Positions 53,798 through 63,577 of a stretch of DNA of 64,000 nt are shown here, piece by piece. Origin of the DNA: a virus (Duplodnaviria > Caudoviricetes); IMG/VR virus record IMGVR_UViG_3300014205_000015, positions 13,731 through 77,730 of that record. The stretch is one strand, 5' to 3'. The notes under the pieces are model-generated. The model did not search any database. It worked only from the letters and a program-made list of their open reading frames with translations, and had not been told where the DNA came from. Each line of letters starts with the position of its first letter. Positions within the stretch are counted from its first letter, which is position 1. Position numbers and translations under genes: made by a program.

Positions 53798-55323
53798 TGG
53801 ACCTCTGGCCGCACCAACTGAAAACACGCGCAGCGATTAGCGAGGCGATTGAGGCTGGACATCGACGGATAGCCGTAGCTGGACCAACAGGTTGCGGCAA
53901 GACTATCATGATGCTCGACCGAATGGAGCACAGCGGTCGCCCAACGTGCCTCTACACAAACCGCACCATGCTGATGGAACAGCTCAGTAGAACGCTCACC
54001 CGCGACGGATTTAACCACGGAATAAGGGCATCGGGACACAAGCCACGGCTGCTAGATGACATCCAGCTGGCGATGGTGCAGACCGAGGCATCGCAGGTGC
54101 TTGGGCAAGAGCGGAGAGATGTTCACCGCGCCGCCGAAGTGTTCTGGGATGAAGTCCACAACAATGTGGCGGACACTTCGCTACAACTGCGAGAAAAGCA
54201 CGGGGACTGCGTTGATATCGGCTGGACAGCAACACCGCTAGGCATTGGGCACGTTTATGAGCATTTGATTGTGGCGGCGACTAACTCCGAGCTACGGGAA
54301 TGTGGCGCGCACGTGCCAGCGTACACCTATGGTCCAGATGAACCAGATACAAAGCTGGTCGGAAAAATTGTGATAGGTGAGGGGGAGTGCGGCATTGGCT
54401 TACGGAAACGCGCGATATTTGCCCAGCGAGTTTTCGGGCGCGTAGTCGAGAATTACAACGCACTCAACCCGGAAAGGAGGCCTTCATTACTGTTCGCCCC
54501 AGGGGTCGCGGAGTCTATCTGGTTCGCAGAGCAGTTATCCGAGGCGGGTATCCCAGCAGCACACATCGACGGCGAGAACTGCTGGATTGATGGAATGCTT
54601 GTTGAATCGTCCAACGAAGTGCGAGACGAGATTGCCGCACGTTCGGAATCTGGCTCAATCAAGGTCGTCTGCAATCGATTTGTGTTACGGGAGGGTATCG
54701 ACTGGCCGTGGATTTATCATGGAATCTTTGCCACGGTGTTCGGGTCTTTGACCAGTTACCTACAAGCTGGTGGCAGGCTGCTGCGCTCGCATCCCTCGAT
54801 GGACCACGTTTGTGTGCAGGATCATGGTGGAAACTTCTGGCGGCACGGTTCGCTCAATGCTAACCGCGAATGGGGGCTAGAACTGACAGACCGAATCGTG
54901 GCAAACCTGAGACTGGCACGTATTCGTGAGCAGCAAGACCCAGAACCTATCCATTGTCCAAAGTGCAACATGATGCGGTCGCATGGGAAGACTTGCCCTA
55001 GCTGCGGCTACGCGGGATGCAAGACAACCCGCCCAGTGATGCAAACGGATGGCTCGCTGCGGGAAATGAAAAACGACACGTTCAGGAAACGACGGCGGGC
55101 GAGTCGCACAAAACAGGTAGAGCAGGACTGGATAGGGCGCATCAAGGGAATTCGCAACAGCAAGAAGGAAACGGTCCAGACGATGACCTTTGCGCAGGCT
55201 GAGGTTAGCTTTGCACGCGACCACAACTGGCAGTATCCTCCGCGTGACCTGCCCATGATGCCGAAAAAGGACATTGACTGGTTCCTACCCGTTAAGGACG
55301 TTCCTCGAGAGCAGCTAACATGA
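53794..55323 (+). CDS. superfamily 2 (DEAD/H-like) helicase with a C-terminal zinc ribbon
   Basis: GPTGCGKT, DEVH, TATP, LREGID.P, QAGGRLLR, CPKC...CPSC. Confidence 0.9.
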   Translation: MMDLWPHQLKTRAAISEAIEAGHRRIAVAGPTGCGKTIMMLDRMEHSGRPTCLYTNRTMLMEQLSRTLTRDGFNHGIRASGHKPRLLDDIQLAMVQTEASQVLGQERRDVHRAAEVFWDEVHNNVADTSLQLREKHGDCVDIGWTATPLGIGHVYEHLIVAATNSELRECGAHVPAYTYGPDEPDTKLVGKIVIGEGECGIGLRKRAIFAQRVFGRVVENYNALNPERRPSLLFAPGVAESIWFAEQLSEAGIPAAHIDGENCWIDGMLVESSNEVRDEIAARSESGSIKVVCNRFVLREGIDWPWIYHGIFATVFGSLTSYLQAGGRLLRSHPSMDHVCVQDHGGNFWRHGSLNANREWGLELTDRIVANLRLARIREQQDPEPIHCPKCNMMRSHGKTCPSCGYAGCKTTRPVMQTDGSLREMKNDTFRKRRRASRTKQVEQDWIGRIKGIRNSKKETVQTMTFAQAEVSFARDHNWQYPPRDLPMMPKKDIDWFLPVKDVPREQLT

Positions 55324-56210
55324 GCGATGGAATGACCAAAAGCACATGGATACGTGTAAGTCGCGCCGAACCATGTCCGATATGCGACAGACCCGACTAC
55401 TGCACTAGGACGACTGACGGCACAGCGGTCAGGTGCATGCGCGTTGAATCGGAGAAAACAACAACAGACAAGAATGGTGGACTCGGCTGGTTACATAAGC
55501 TGTCGGATCCACTACCACCGCACCCACCGCCCAAGAAGGTCGAGAAGAAACCAGATTGGACAGAGGAGTGTCGGGCGCTGTACGAGCACGACAAAGCCCA
55601 CGACAAGCGTTGTGCGGTGGCTGAGCAGCTAAAGGTGTCCGTGGAAGCCCTGGACGCTCTGAGAGTCGGTGTGGGCTGGGATTCGTGGGATGGTAGGGAA
55701 TTTTCGAGCTGGCCGTCTCGGGACAGTGACGGGCGTTGCATTGGGTATGTGCGGAGGTACGCCGATGGTACTAAACGCACCAATCAGGGTGGCTCGACGG
55801 GGGTGTTCTACGTGCCGACGTGGTATTGTCATCCCGGTCCAGTGTTCATTGTCGAGGGTGGTTCTGACGTGGCAGCCTGTGAATCGCATAACCTGAACGC
55901 CATAGGACGCGCCAGCAACACGCATGGTGGCGCATGGATTAAGAAGATGATTCTTCAATGCTGTCCTGAAAAGCTAGTGATTGTGGTTGGGGAGCGAGAC
56001 GAGAACCCAAGCCGTCGAGGTACGGTGTCCAGTTGTACGGTGAATTGCCGTGGATGCGCTTTTTGTTATCCAGGGTGGTTCGGAATGAAAAAGGTTACTG
56101 CGGAACTGGGCGGCAAGACGGTGGGCGTACTGGTGCCTCCTGGAACGAAGGACATGCGGGAAGTGTTGACTGGCGGTCAGTGTTGGGTCGAATTACTGGG
56201 AGCTTTGTGA
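55320..56210 (+). CDS. DNA primase-like protein (zinc-binding + TOPRIM)
   Basis: PCPICDRPDYC, FIVEGGSD, GERD, KDMRE. Confidence 0.8.
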   Translation: MSDGMTKSTWIRVSRAEPCPICDRPDYCTRTTDGTAVRCMRVESEKTTTDKNGGLGWLHKLSDPLPPHPPPKKVEKKPDWTEECRALYEHDKAHDKRCAVAEQLKVSVEALDALRVGVGWDSWDGREFSSWPSRDSDGRCIGYVRRYADGTKRTNQGGSTGVFYVPTWYCHPGPVFIVEGGSDVAACESHNLNAIGRASNTHGGAWIKKMILQCCPEKLVIVVGERDENPSRRGTVSSCTVNCRGCAFCYPGWFGMKKVTAELGGKTVGVLVPPGTKDMREVLTGGQCWVELLGAL

Positions 56211-56211
56211 A

Positions 56212-56496
56212 ATGGCGAATCGCGTGGACATCTGCTACGGCACTGCAAAGAAAGGCAATCCGCTCAGTGGATTTGAGGACGACGGAAGCCCAGGGTACAG
56301 AATAAGGGTCCACTTTGGCGATAGGCGAGCGGTGTTTGCTATTCGGTTTGCCCGCAGGCGAGATGCTGAGCAAGGGCTCAAGGCACTGCGTAGCATAATG
56401 TCGTTCGAAGGAACCTATAAAGAAGTGCGGGCGAGAATTATCGACATTGGACCAAGGCGGATTAGACAGGCAGTCTGTGAAGTACAGGCGTGGTAA
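56212..56496 (+). CDS. hypothetical protein
   Basis: 94-aa ORF. Confidence 0.6.
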   Translation: MANRVDICYGTAKKGNPLSGFEDDGSPGYRIRVHFGDRRAVFAIRFARRRDAEQGLKALRSIMSFEGTYKEVRARIIDIGPRRIRQAVCEVQAW

Positions 56497-56524
56497 TGAA
56501 ATTCAGGTTACTGGGAGCTTTGTA

Positions 56525-56881
56525 ATGCGGAAACATACCCTGCCTTGGACATTCGAAGAAATCGGCAATGGCGAGAATAAGTCGCTAGAAGTGGAGTTCG
56601 AGTGTCACGTAAGCCCTGGAAGTCCAGGCAGCTACTGGGAGCCACCCGAGCCACCGGAAGTGGAGTTTGCCGATGTGACGATTATCGCATTCCGCAACGA
56701 GGACGGCGATATCGAGCTTAGTCCCGATTTGCAGCACACCCTGAAAGATGTCGCTTTTATCTTAGCCGAGAAGCACCGAGAACGTTTAGAGGAAAAGCTT
56801 CTGGAGCGTATCGGGGATTACGAGGAAGCGGCGCTGGAGGATTACTATGACCGGAAACGCGATGAACTGAGGGGATGCTGA
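56525..56881 (+). CDS. hypothetical acidic protein
   Basis: GSPGSYWEPPEPPEVEF motif. Confidence 0.65.
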   Translation: MRKHTLPWTFEEIGNGENKSLEVEFECHVSPGSPGSYWEPPEPPEVEFADVTIIAFRNEDGDIELSPDLQHTLKDVAFILAEKHRERLEEKLLERIGDYEEAALEDYYDRKRDELRGC

Positions 56882-56882
56882 A

Positions 56883-57263
56883 GTGGGGCGTAAAGCGAAG
56901 ACGGAACGAGTGCCGCGGACTCGAGCTGGCGGGGAGTGGACCGAAGCTGCCTTTTGGGGCTTTCTAAGGTCAAACCTACGGCTGGCATCAAGGAAGTGGC
57001 CGCCACGCAAAAACGCGCTATTAGCTGTCCGCCGAAAGTCACAGAGTGAAAACAAGCGATTGAAGTGGGAGCACCAATGCAGCGAGTGCAAAGGCTGGTT
57101 TCCTGCGAAGGAGGTAGAGGTCGACCACAAGCTCCCGTGTGGGGCATGTACTAGCTGGGACGAGTTTAGAATATTCGCAGAGCGATTGTTCTGCGAAATC
57201 GATGGATTGGCTATACGTTGCGAGACGTGCCACCAAGATAAAACCAATCAGAGCAGACAATGA
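56883..57263 (+). CDS. HNH-type endonuclease (T7 gp5.3-like)
   Basis: QCSECKGWF...VEVDHKLPCG...CETCHQDKT. Confidence 0.75.
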   Translation: MGRKAKTERVPRTRAGGEWTEAAFWGFLRSNLRLASRKWPPRKNALLAVRRKSQSENKRLKWEHQCSECKGWFPAKEVEVDHKLPCGACTSWDEFRIFAERLFCEIDGLAIRCETCHQDKTNQSRQ

Positions 57264-57562
57264 ACAAACGTACTTATCGCAAGTTCTGTGAAACAGGTGT
57301 CGCCGAGCGGACTAACGCGCAAATGAGAAGAGTATTACTGGTCGCTCAGATACTGGATGCTGAGCGGTCATGGCTGAAGATTGACGATGTTCATCGAGCG
57401 TACTTGTCCAGAGTCGGGGAGGCGTGTCGGCGAACGATAGCTCGAGACTTGCAACTGCTCGTATGCACAGGGATTGCCGAAGAACGGCAGGTAAAACAGG
57501 AGCGATGCAAGCCGCTTCATGAATTCAGATTTGAGGGTTGGCCCTTACCTTTGGGCGGATAA
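57260..57562 (+). CDS. putative winged-HTH protein
   Basis: CRRTIARDLQLL recognition-helix-like segment. Confidence 0.55.
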   Translation: MNKRTYRKFCETGVAERTNAQMRRVLLVAQILDAERSWLKIDDVHRAYLSRVGEACRRTIARDLQLLVCTGIAEERQVKQERCKPLHEFRFEGWPLPLGG

Positions 57563-57587
57563 CTAACTTTTTTAGGAGAGAAACCGA

Positions 57588-57869
57588 ATGGCTGGTAGAC
57601 CGAACTATCGAGTTGTTGCGAAATCAAAGACATCTGGAAAGTTCCAGGACATCGCTGCATTTTGGATTGGAGACAAGGGGATTAGCGGACAGCTTGACAA
57701 AGCTATCGAGAAAATCGTGCTAACCAACGGCACTGTGATTAAGCCAGATACCTGCTACTTCAACCTGCAAGAAAACAAAGAAGAGAATTCGGCTGAGCAG
57801 CATTCAGGAGGCTCATCGCGCCAGCAAGCTCCAGCAGCGGAGGACGACAGTTCGGGAATCCCTTTCTAG
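57588..57869 (+). CDS. small ssDNA-binding-like protein
   Basis: Beta-rich core plus acidic tail ending DDSSGIPF. Confidence 0.65.
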   Translation: MAGRPNYRVVAKSKTSGKFQDIAAFWIGDKGISGQLDKAIEKIVLTNGTVIKPDTCYFNLQENKEENSAEQHSGGSSRQQAPAAEDDSSGIPF

Positions 57870-57984
57870 GCTGCCCATGCGGAGTAGACCGTTCACTGTG
57901 GCTGGAGCAAGAGGACGCTGAGTATGGCTGGCTAAGAACAACTTGCAGGGTGTGCCATAAATTTATCGGAAGACGAAGGACCAA

Positions 57985-58533
57985 ATGAGACCAGTAAGCA
58001 AAAAGCGGCAAGAGCTGATGAAAAAGGTTAAGCCCATTCGGGATGCCTTGCGCGAAGAAGTCGGCTGCTGTGAAATCTGTGGTTGTTCTCGCGGAACACT
58101 GGATGTGCATGAAATAGCGCGGGGGCATCTCCGCGAACGGTGCCTTGGTGAGCGCTGTGCTTTGCTCGTAGTATGTCGAAGCTGTCACTCCGAAAAGCTC
58201 AGCCAGCCAGCGGAGTGGACGGAAGCCCGTCAGTTGGCGGTACTTGCTGATTCACGTCCGTTAGACTTTAACTTGGTGCGTTTTTTAGATATCACGTCAC
58301 CCAACGCGCCAAGACGCATTGAGATTGAAGATGTTCTGGACTGGCTGCCAAATGAGTATTTGAGCAAGAGCGACATAGCGGAACGACTTCAGGTAGACAG
58401 GAGGAGCGTCCAGAATTGGATAGACTCTGGGTATCTGGCTGCTATCGACGCCAGGACGGTGGGAGCAAGCAAGCCTCTGTACAGAGTAGCATGGAGAGAC
58501 TATTTGGAGTTCTGTAAGACTAGGAGAGTGTAA
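57985..58533 (+). CDS. HNH-like nuclease fused to an excisionase-type HTH
   Basis: CEICG...DVHEIAR...CRSCH, then YLSKSDIAERLQVDRRSVQNWIDSG. Confidence 0.75.
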   Translation: MRPVSKKRQELMKKVKPIRDALREEVGCCEICGCSRGTLDVHEIARGHLRERCLGERCALLVVCRSCHSEKLSQPAEWTEARQLAVLADSRPLDFNLVRFLDITSPNAPRRIEIEDVLDWLPNEYLSKSDIAERLQVDRRSVQNWIDSGYLAAIDARTVGASKPLYRVAWRDYLEFCKTRRV

Positions 58534-58535
58534 CG

Positions 58536-58916
58536 ATGTGCTTTTCTTACGACGACTATGCGGAAATGTGCGAGTCAAAGGTTGTGACCTGCCGCAAGCC
58601 TCATAGGTGCTGCGGGTGCCATAGGCAAATCGCGGTCGGAGAAACCGCTAACGCTAGCAGCGGGAAGTTCGATGGTTCGTTTTTTCGAGCTTACGAGTGC
58701 GAGGATTGCAGAAGGTTGATTTTATCAATAGCCGCTGAAGAGATTGAGCATGGATGTTCATGGAATGAGTCATGGTGCGCTGCCGAGGGCTTGAGTGAAT
58801 ATATCGCAGAACGAAGCAAGCCGGTTGTAGTGTTAGGCGGCTCGCTCGAGGACTGTTGGTCGCATGTGAATGAGCTATGGAAACAAAAGGTGGAACAGAG
58901 ACTACCGAATCGCTAG
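58536..58916 (+). CDS. Cys-rich hypothetical protein
   Basis: CRKPHRCCGC...CEDC. Confidence 0.65.
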   Translation: MCFSYDDYAEMCESKVVTCRKPHRCCGCHRQIAVGETANASSGKFDGSFFRAYECEDCRRLILSIAAEEIEHGCSWNESWCAAEGLSEYIAERSKPVVVLGGSLEDCWSHVNELWKQKVEQRLPNR

Positions 58917-59038
58917 TCTGAGTCTACGCCTAGCCGTGAGTGGCGTTAAATAACCGCGGCGAGAAACCTCCTTGGGTACGCGGCGCAGCGGCGCGGGAAA
59001 TCCGCTGCATTTACTATCACACTGAAAGGGAATTGCAA

Positions 59039-59407
59039 ATGCTAAAGACAGGTGACACGTTTGAGTTTGACGGTAAGACATGGCGATTTGTGGGCGTTGG
59101 CGTGCCGGAGGAAAACCAGCCGTTTATTGGTGTCGGCGATAAGATATTCGTCATCCATGAGCCTTCTGGTTTCATTCGCCCCATTGTCGAAGAAGTCCTC
59201 CCCGAATGGATTACACCCACCGATGAACATGCCAAGCAGCGGGTGGAGTGTGAGGTACGGGACTATGAATGCGATGTGTGGCAACGGCGAACACTGATTC
59301 GCGTAAGAGACAACCGCAGCTATTCATTTGTGACAGAAACTAATGATAGCGTGTTTGCAGCCTGGAAGTTCTGCCGTATCCGCAACCCAGACTTGCCAAA
59401 GCAATAA
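59039..59407 (+). CDS. hypothetical protein
   Basis: ATG after AAGGGA; ends AWKFCRIR. Confidence 0.6.
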   Translation: MLKTGDTFEFDGKTWRFVGVGVPEENQPFIGVGDKIFVIHEPSGFIRPIVEEVLPEWITPTDEHAKQRVECEVRDYECDVWQRRTLIRVRDNRSYSFVTETNDSVFAAWKFCRIRNPDLPKQ

Positions 59408-59596
59408 TCAATACAATGGCTCGGCGGTTAGCTGAGTCACGTCCCGCCGTCGCGATCATTCCCCCGATGCGCGTCTGGCGGGACAAATATACTTCTCGCG
59501 GACTAAAATAGCCCCAGTGGTGGGTATTGTCACGCAATATCAGACCTGCTAGCGTAGAGTGCGGTAGCCGTTCTGTCTTAATTTATAGGCTGGGCT

Positions 59597-59938
59597 ATGG
59601 CAACTTTGCTTATGCTCTCCGTATATGCTATTCTTACTGGTGGTGATTCTCCACCGCGCTGCGATCTCGTCGAAATAAATCACTACCAACCAGCGGATGG
59701 TTCTGGTTTTGTTCAAGTCATAGCGTGGGACTGGGATAGCCAGTACAGGCGGTGGCACGCACAACAGTGGGCTATTGTTTCGGACTGGAAGCGAGTGGGC
59801 AGGGTTGTGTATTGTGTGGGATACACTGGTGAGGTGCGAGTTTCATCGAAGCTGTTTCGTGAGACATGGACGGAAACAGACCCTGAGCGGGCGAACAAGG
59901 TGATTTTTCCTGAGAATCTAAGAAGGCAGGTGTGGTAA
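59597..59938 (+). CDS. secreted hypothetical protein
   Basis: Hydrophobic N-terminus. Confidence 0.65.
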   Translation: MATLLMLSVYAILTGGDSPPRCDLVEINHYQPADGSGFVQVIAWDWDSQYRRWHAQQWAIVSDWKRVGRVVYCVGYTGEVRVSSKLFRETWTETDPERANKVIFPENLRRQVW

Positions 59939-60561
59939 TGCAGCGGTCAGTCATTGGTCCCGTCCTCGCCTGTGTCGTTGCTCTCGTATCGACACTTCTC
60001 TTAGCTGACGAAACTCGACCGCTGACGATTACCAGCAGCGGTTACTATCTAACTATGGTTGGCGAAGACGGAACGCCTGTCTACGTAAAATTCGCCACCG
60101 TAATCAATTTGACCGATGGCAAGACCCCACCAACAGACCGACCTGACGAACCATCTGTGGACAAGGAAATCGTTTCCAAGTCCAAGGGCTGGGCTGTGGC
60201 TGTGGCGGATCCCGCATCAGCTCAAGCAATTGCGGCGGTCTATGCCCATGTGCGAGGGGCGGTTGCTGATGGAACACTGACCAGTGCGACCGTCTGGCCG
60301 GCGCTCAAGCAGGCTACTGATTCAGCTCTGGCATTGATGAATGGCAAATCCTGGACACCGTTTCGGGACGGAGTAACGGCAGTGGCAACGTTGGCTCAGC
60401 AGCGTGGAAAGCTGAACACCCCAGAGCAGATTGAGCAGATGTTGCTGTCAGTGCAACAGGGCGTTGAATTAGCTGCGGACGGTGCTACAGCAATAAGTAT
60501 GGACCAAATCATCGAGATTGCACGGCGGACGAACACTGCGATTGATGGAGCGACCAAATGA
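59938..60561 (+). CDS. secreted hypothetical protein
   Basis: Signal peptide-like VLACVVALVSTLLLA. Confidence 0.7.
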   Translation: MQRSVIGPVLACVVALVSTLLLADETRPLTITSSGYYLTMVGEDGTPVYVKFATVINLTDGKTPPTDRPDEPSVDKEIVSKSKGWAVAVADPASAQAIAAVYAHVRGAVADGTLTSATVWPALKQATDSALALMNGKSWTPFRDGVTAVATLAQQRGKLNTPEQIEQMLLSVQQGVELAADGATAISMDQIIEIARRTNTAIDGATK

Positions 60562-61460
60562 CACCAGCGCAAATCATCGAACGGCTCTACAAGCTAGGGC
60601 ACTTCCATAATCCGAATCATCTGACCGGCGTATCGGAAGCTGAACTGCCAACGCTCAGGCTGCATCACAGCCAAGTGCGGCTAGCAATCCAGTCTTACGT
60701 GGACTTCATGACTGGCATCAAGGGAGCGGACCCAGAAGACCCAGCTGCACTGGCTTTGATTGAGGAGCCTCGGTGCGGATTTCCAGACTATCCGTACCCC
60801 GAGGGCATTCTGCCGGCGCAGATGGAAGCCAACTGGCCGACCGCCTGCCGTGGAAAGCTGAAGTTTGGGCGCAACTTCCGCCAGTTACCAGGTATGAGCG
60901 AAGCTGACACCGACAAGGTGTTCATAGCAATGACCAATAACTGGTCCTACGCGCTAGAAGACGTGGAAATCGTCATCAGCAGCTACCAGGAAGCTCACAT
61001 CTACGCCGGTCTCAAGTCGCTAGGCGGCGGAACACTGGCATGGTCGTTCCTGGCTCGCAACAGTTGCTCTGAACGACTCGAGCAGGCTTACGACAATTCT
61101 CGCCAATGGACTCTATCGCTGGGCTGTCCGGTCGCAAGTCACGAGGTTGGGCATGCGTTAGGTCTACCGCACAATAATGACCGCGATGCGCTGATGTATC
61201 CGAGCATCCATGACCGCAGTATTTCGCGGAGAGGCTATCCAAACGCGACTGATTTGAAACAAGCACAGGGGCTGGGCTACAAGCTGTCGGGCAAGGCAGC
61301 CCCTACACTGGACGACCTCTATCGACCAAGACCCCATACACCTGCGGACCCGACCGACCCACCACCAGATGGGAAGTTCTGGTTTAAGGGCGGTTTTACC
61401 TTGATGCACGGCGAGAGTGAAGTTGAAGATTTTATCCTCGTCCCTAAGCCAAAGGCGTGA
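60558..61460 (+). CDS. matrixin / M10-family zinc metallopeptidase with cysteine switch
   Basis: PRCGFPD propeptide, HEVGHALGLPH zinc motif, ALMYP Met-turn. Confidence 0.9.
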   Translation: MTPAQIIERLYKLGHFHNPNHLTGVSEAELPTLRLHHSQVRLAIQSYVDFMTGIKGADPEDPAALALIEEPRCGFPDYPYPEGILPAQMEANWPTACRGKLKFGRNFRQLPGMSEADTDKVFIAMTNNWSYALEDVEIVISSYQEAHIYAGLKSLGGGTLAWSFLARNSCSERLEQAYDNSRQWTLSLGCPVASHEVGHALGLPHNNDRDALMYPSIHDRSISRRGYPNATDLKQAQGLGYKLSGKAAPTLDDLYRPRPHTPADPTDPPPDGKFWFKGGFTLMHGESEVEDFILVPKPKA

Positions 61461-61461
61461 A

Positions 61462-61782
61462 ATGCGATTCATAATCCTCACACTGATTGCCCTGTGCTCT
61501 TTGCCAGCCAATGCAGATGAGCGGTACGAAATCAAGTCCTTCGACAGCTACCTCGTGCCACTCCTGAGTGTGGTCGACAACGAGAGCAGCAAGACAGGCT
61601 GGGGCAGCGTAGTGTCAAGGCCGTATGGAGGCGGGGCAGGAGTAGTTCCGCATCTGGAACGCATGGTCAGGAAGTGGAACAAGCGTGGCATACGCCCTGA
61701 AGATGAGCGGAACCTGGAGATCAGACTAAAGCACCTCGGGATGTTTACCTTTCCCGCAACCGCCAATCCGGCTGGAGAATAA
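61462..61782 (+). CDS. secreted hypothetical protein
   Basis: MRFIILTLIALCSLPANA signal peptide. Confidence 0.6.
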   Translation: MRFIILTLIALCSLPANADERYEIKSFDSYLVPLLSVVDNESSKTGWGSVVSRPYGGGAGVVPHLERMVRKWNKRGIRPEDERNLEIRLKHLGMFTFPATANPAGE

Positions 61783-61784
61783 CC

Positions 61785-62576
61785 ATGCGACTTACATTAG
61801 CCCTAATTGCGGTGCTCTGTGCCGCACCCGCTATTGCTCAAGAACGTATCTTCCGCGCTAGTTCCATCGATGTGGAGCAAGACCAGCGGCTAGACGCCAT
61901 TGAGTCCAGGGTATCTGCACTGGAGGCTGTTCCGACTAGCCAGCCACCACGCCCACAGGTGCCATCACAGCCACGCCAGACGATTGTACCAGCCAATATG
62001 GTCAAGTCGCAGGCTAAAGCGAAGCCAGCAGTATCTAAGCCTTATGCGGTGATTACGATTGAATCCCTCCCAGGCTGCCCGCCCTGTGAGGCGTGGAAGG
62101 CGAAAGAAGCCCGAGAACTGCGAGCCCAGGGCTGGACGGTGATTGAAGCACCGCTGACCAGTTCAAAATCAGCCCCGTACTTCCGAATCTGCATTGGTGA
62201 TAAATGCTACACGCACAGCGGGTTCATGTCACATGGCGTCTTGCGAGGCTTCCTCGGTAGATTGGGTCAGGTTACTGCCCAAAGCGATGGATGGCGCCAA
62301 TCCAGAGCTACACGAATTCCTGACCAGCCGAGCCTAGCGGTATCGTCGTATTACACCACGGCTGAACTGCGGGCACTAATCAATCAAAAGCGTCCTGGCG
62401 GCTGGCGTGGTCCAGTCTATGCCGATGTAGCGCCAAGTTATGCTAAGCAGCATTTAGTGGAGCCGAAGCATGGATTTAGGCGAGAGCAAGTCAACGGACT
62501 GACTACCGAAGAAGCGTTGATTTTGCACGACTTAGCGCCAACACATGGCAATCAGATATTTCCAACTCGAAGGTAA
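61785..62576 (+). CDS. secreted thioredoxin-like (CPPC) protein
   Basis: Signal peptide; LPGCPPCEAWK. Confidence 0.65.
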   Translation: MRLTLALIAVLCAAPAIAQERIFRASSIDVEQDQRLDAIESRVSALEAVPTSQPPRPQVPSQPRQTIVPANMVKSQAKAKPAVSKPYAVITIESLPGCPPCEAWKAKEARELRAQGWTVIEAPLTSSKSAPYFRICIGDKCYTHSGFMSHGVLRGFLGRLGQVTAQSDGWRQSRATRIPDQPSLAVSSYYTTAELRALINQKRPGGWRGPVYADVAPSYAKQHLVEPKHGFRREQVNGLTTEEALILHDLAPTHGNQIFPTRR

Positions 62577-62588
62577 AGGGGATTGTAG

Positions 62589-62933
62589 ATGAGTGAAATT
62601 AAGGCATTTTCTGCTTTTGCAGACGACGCGACACTGGCGGTGTCAGACTTCCGCGCTGAAGTAGCCAAGTCCATCCTGCAAGAAGCTGAGAAGTCCGACA
62701 AGCTTTCGCGTGGAGAGAAGCGACGCATTGCCCGTGTCATGCGTGGTGGCTGGTTCAACGATTCCCGGCGCGAAAAGATTATTGATTCAGTCTCGGAAAA
62801 GCTGCACGCTGAGCGAGCGGTAGTTGTAATGCCAGACGGCGTTCAGGCGGCGGTGGACTGGGACGCGATATTGGCTTTTATCGAGAAGCTGATGCCCTTG
62901 ATACTGCAGTTAGTCAAGCTATTTGGTGGCTAA
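62589..62933 (+). CDS. hypothetical protein with an amphipathic C-terminal helix
   Basis: VDWDAILAFIEKLMPLILQLVKLFGG. Confidence 0.65.
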   Translation: MSEIKAFSAFADDATLAVSDFRAEVAKSILQEAEKSDKLSRGEKRRIARVMRGGWFNDSRREKIIDSVSEKLHAERAVVVMPDGVQAAVDWDAILAFIEKLMPLILQLVKLFGG

Positions 62934-62935
62934 CC

Positions 62936-63088
62936 ATGAACGCAGACTTCGAGGATGTGTACGGACAGCGCCTAAGACGCACAATAAAACGCAGGCGCAT
63001 TGTGAGTGGCTTCCTGTGCCCTGCATTTATCGCGATTGCAATCATTATCGTCCTCTCAGTGATTAACATCTTGATTAAAAGCGGCTAG
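62936..63088 (+). CDS. small membrane protein not in the ORF track
   Basis: Translated by hand: MNADFEDVYG...AFIAIAIIIVLSVINILIKSG. Confidence 0.5.
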   Translation: MNADFEDVYGQRLRRTIKRRRIVSGFLCPAFIAIAIIIVLSVINILIKSG

Positions 63089-63091
63089 AAA

Positions 63092-63445
63092 ATGGATATG
63101 TTCACTCCCCTGGTTGAGATAATCAACGCTGTCGGCGTTCCTGGTGTGTTAGGCTGGTATTTATGGTATGACACAGCGGTAGCTCGACCAAAGCGGCAAG
63201 AGGCGGAGTCACTACAGATTCAAAACCTGGCTCAACATTACAACGCGATGACCGAGCGGATAGCCAAGGATTTCACTGATACAATTCGTGAGGAGCGAGG
63301 GATTCGCGTGAGGGAACTACAGATATTCCGTGACGAAATGCGCTCCGCGTTGGGTCTGAGCGATAGTGTGCATAGATTCACGGAAAAGAGCAATCGCGAC
63401 AATCCGCTAGCTGATAACAAGAAGAACCGGGAAACAGGCGAATGA
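63092..63445 (+). CDS. membrane-anchored coiled-coil protein (holin-like candidate)
   Basis: VGVPGVLGWYLWY followed by a coiled coil. Confidence 0.55.
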   Translation: MDMFTPLVEIINAVGVPGVLGWYLWYDTAVARPKRQEAESLQIQNLAQHYNAMTERIAKDFTDTIREERGIRVRELQIFRDEMRSALGLSDSVHRFTEKSNRDNPLADNKKNRETGE

Positions 63446-63577
63446 ATACAGTATCAGCAACAGTGGTCATCCTCACAGGGTCGAGTGGCGGTACGTCTTC
63501 AACCCCATCAAATTACGTTACATCGGGCGGCGTGCTCGTAACATCAGGCGGCGTTCAAGTAACATCAGGATCGTAAA

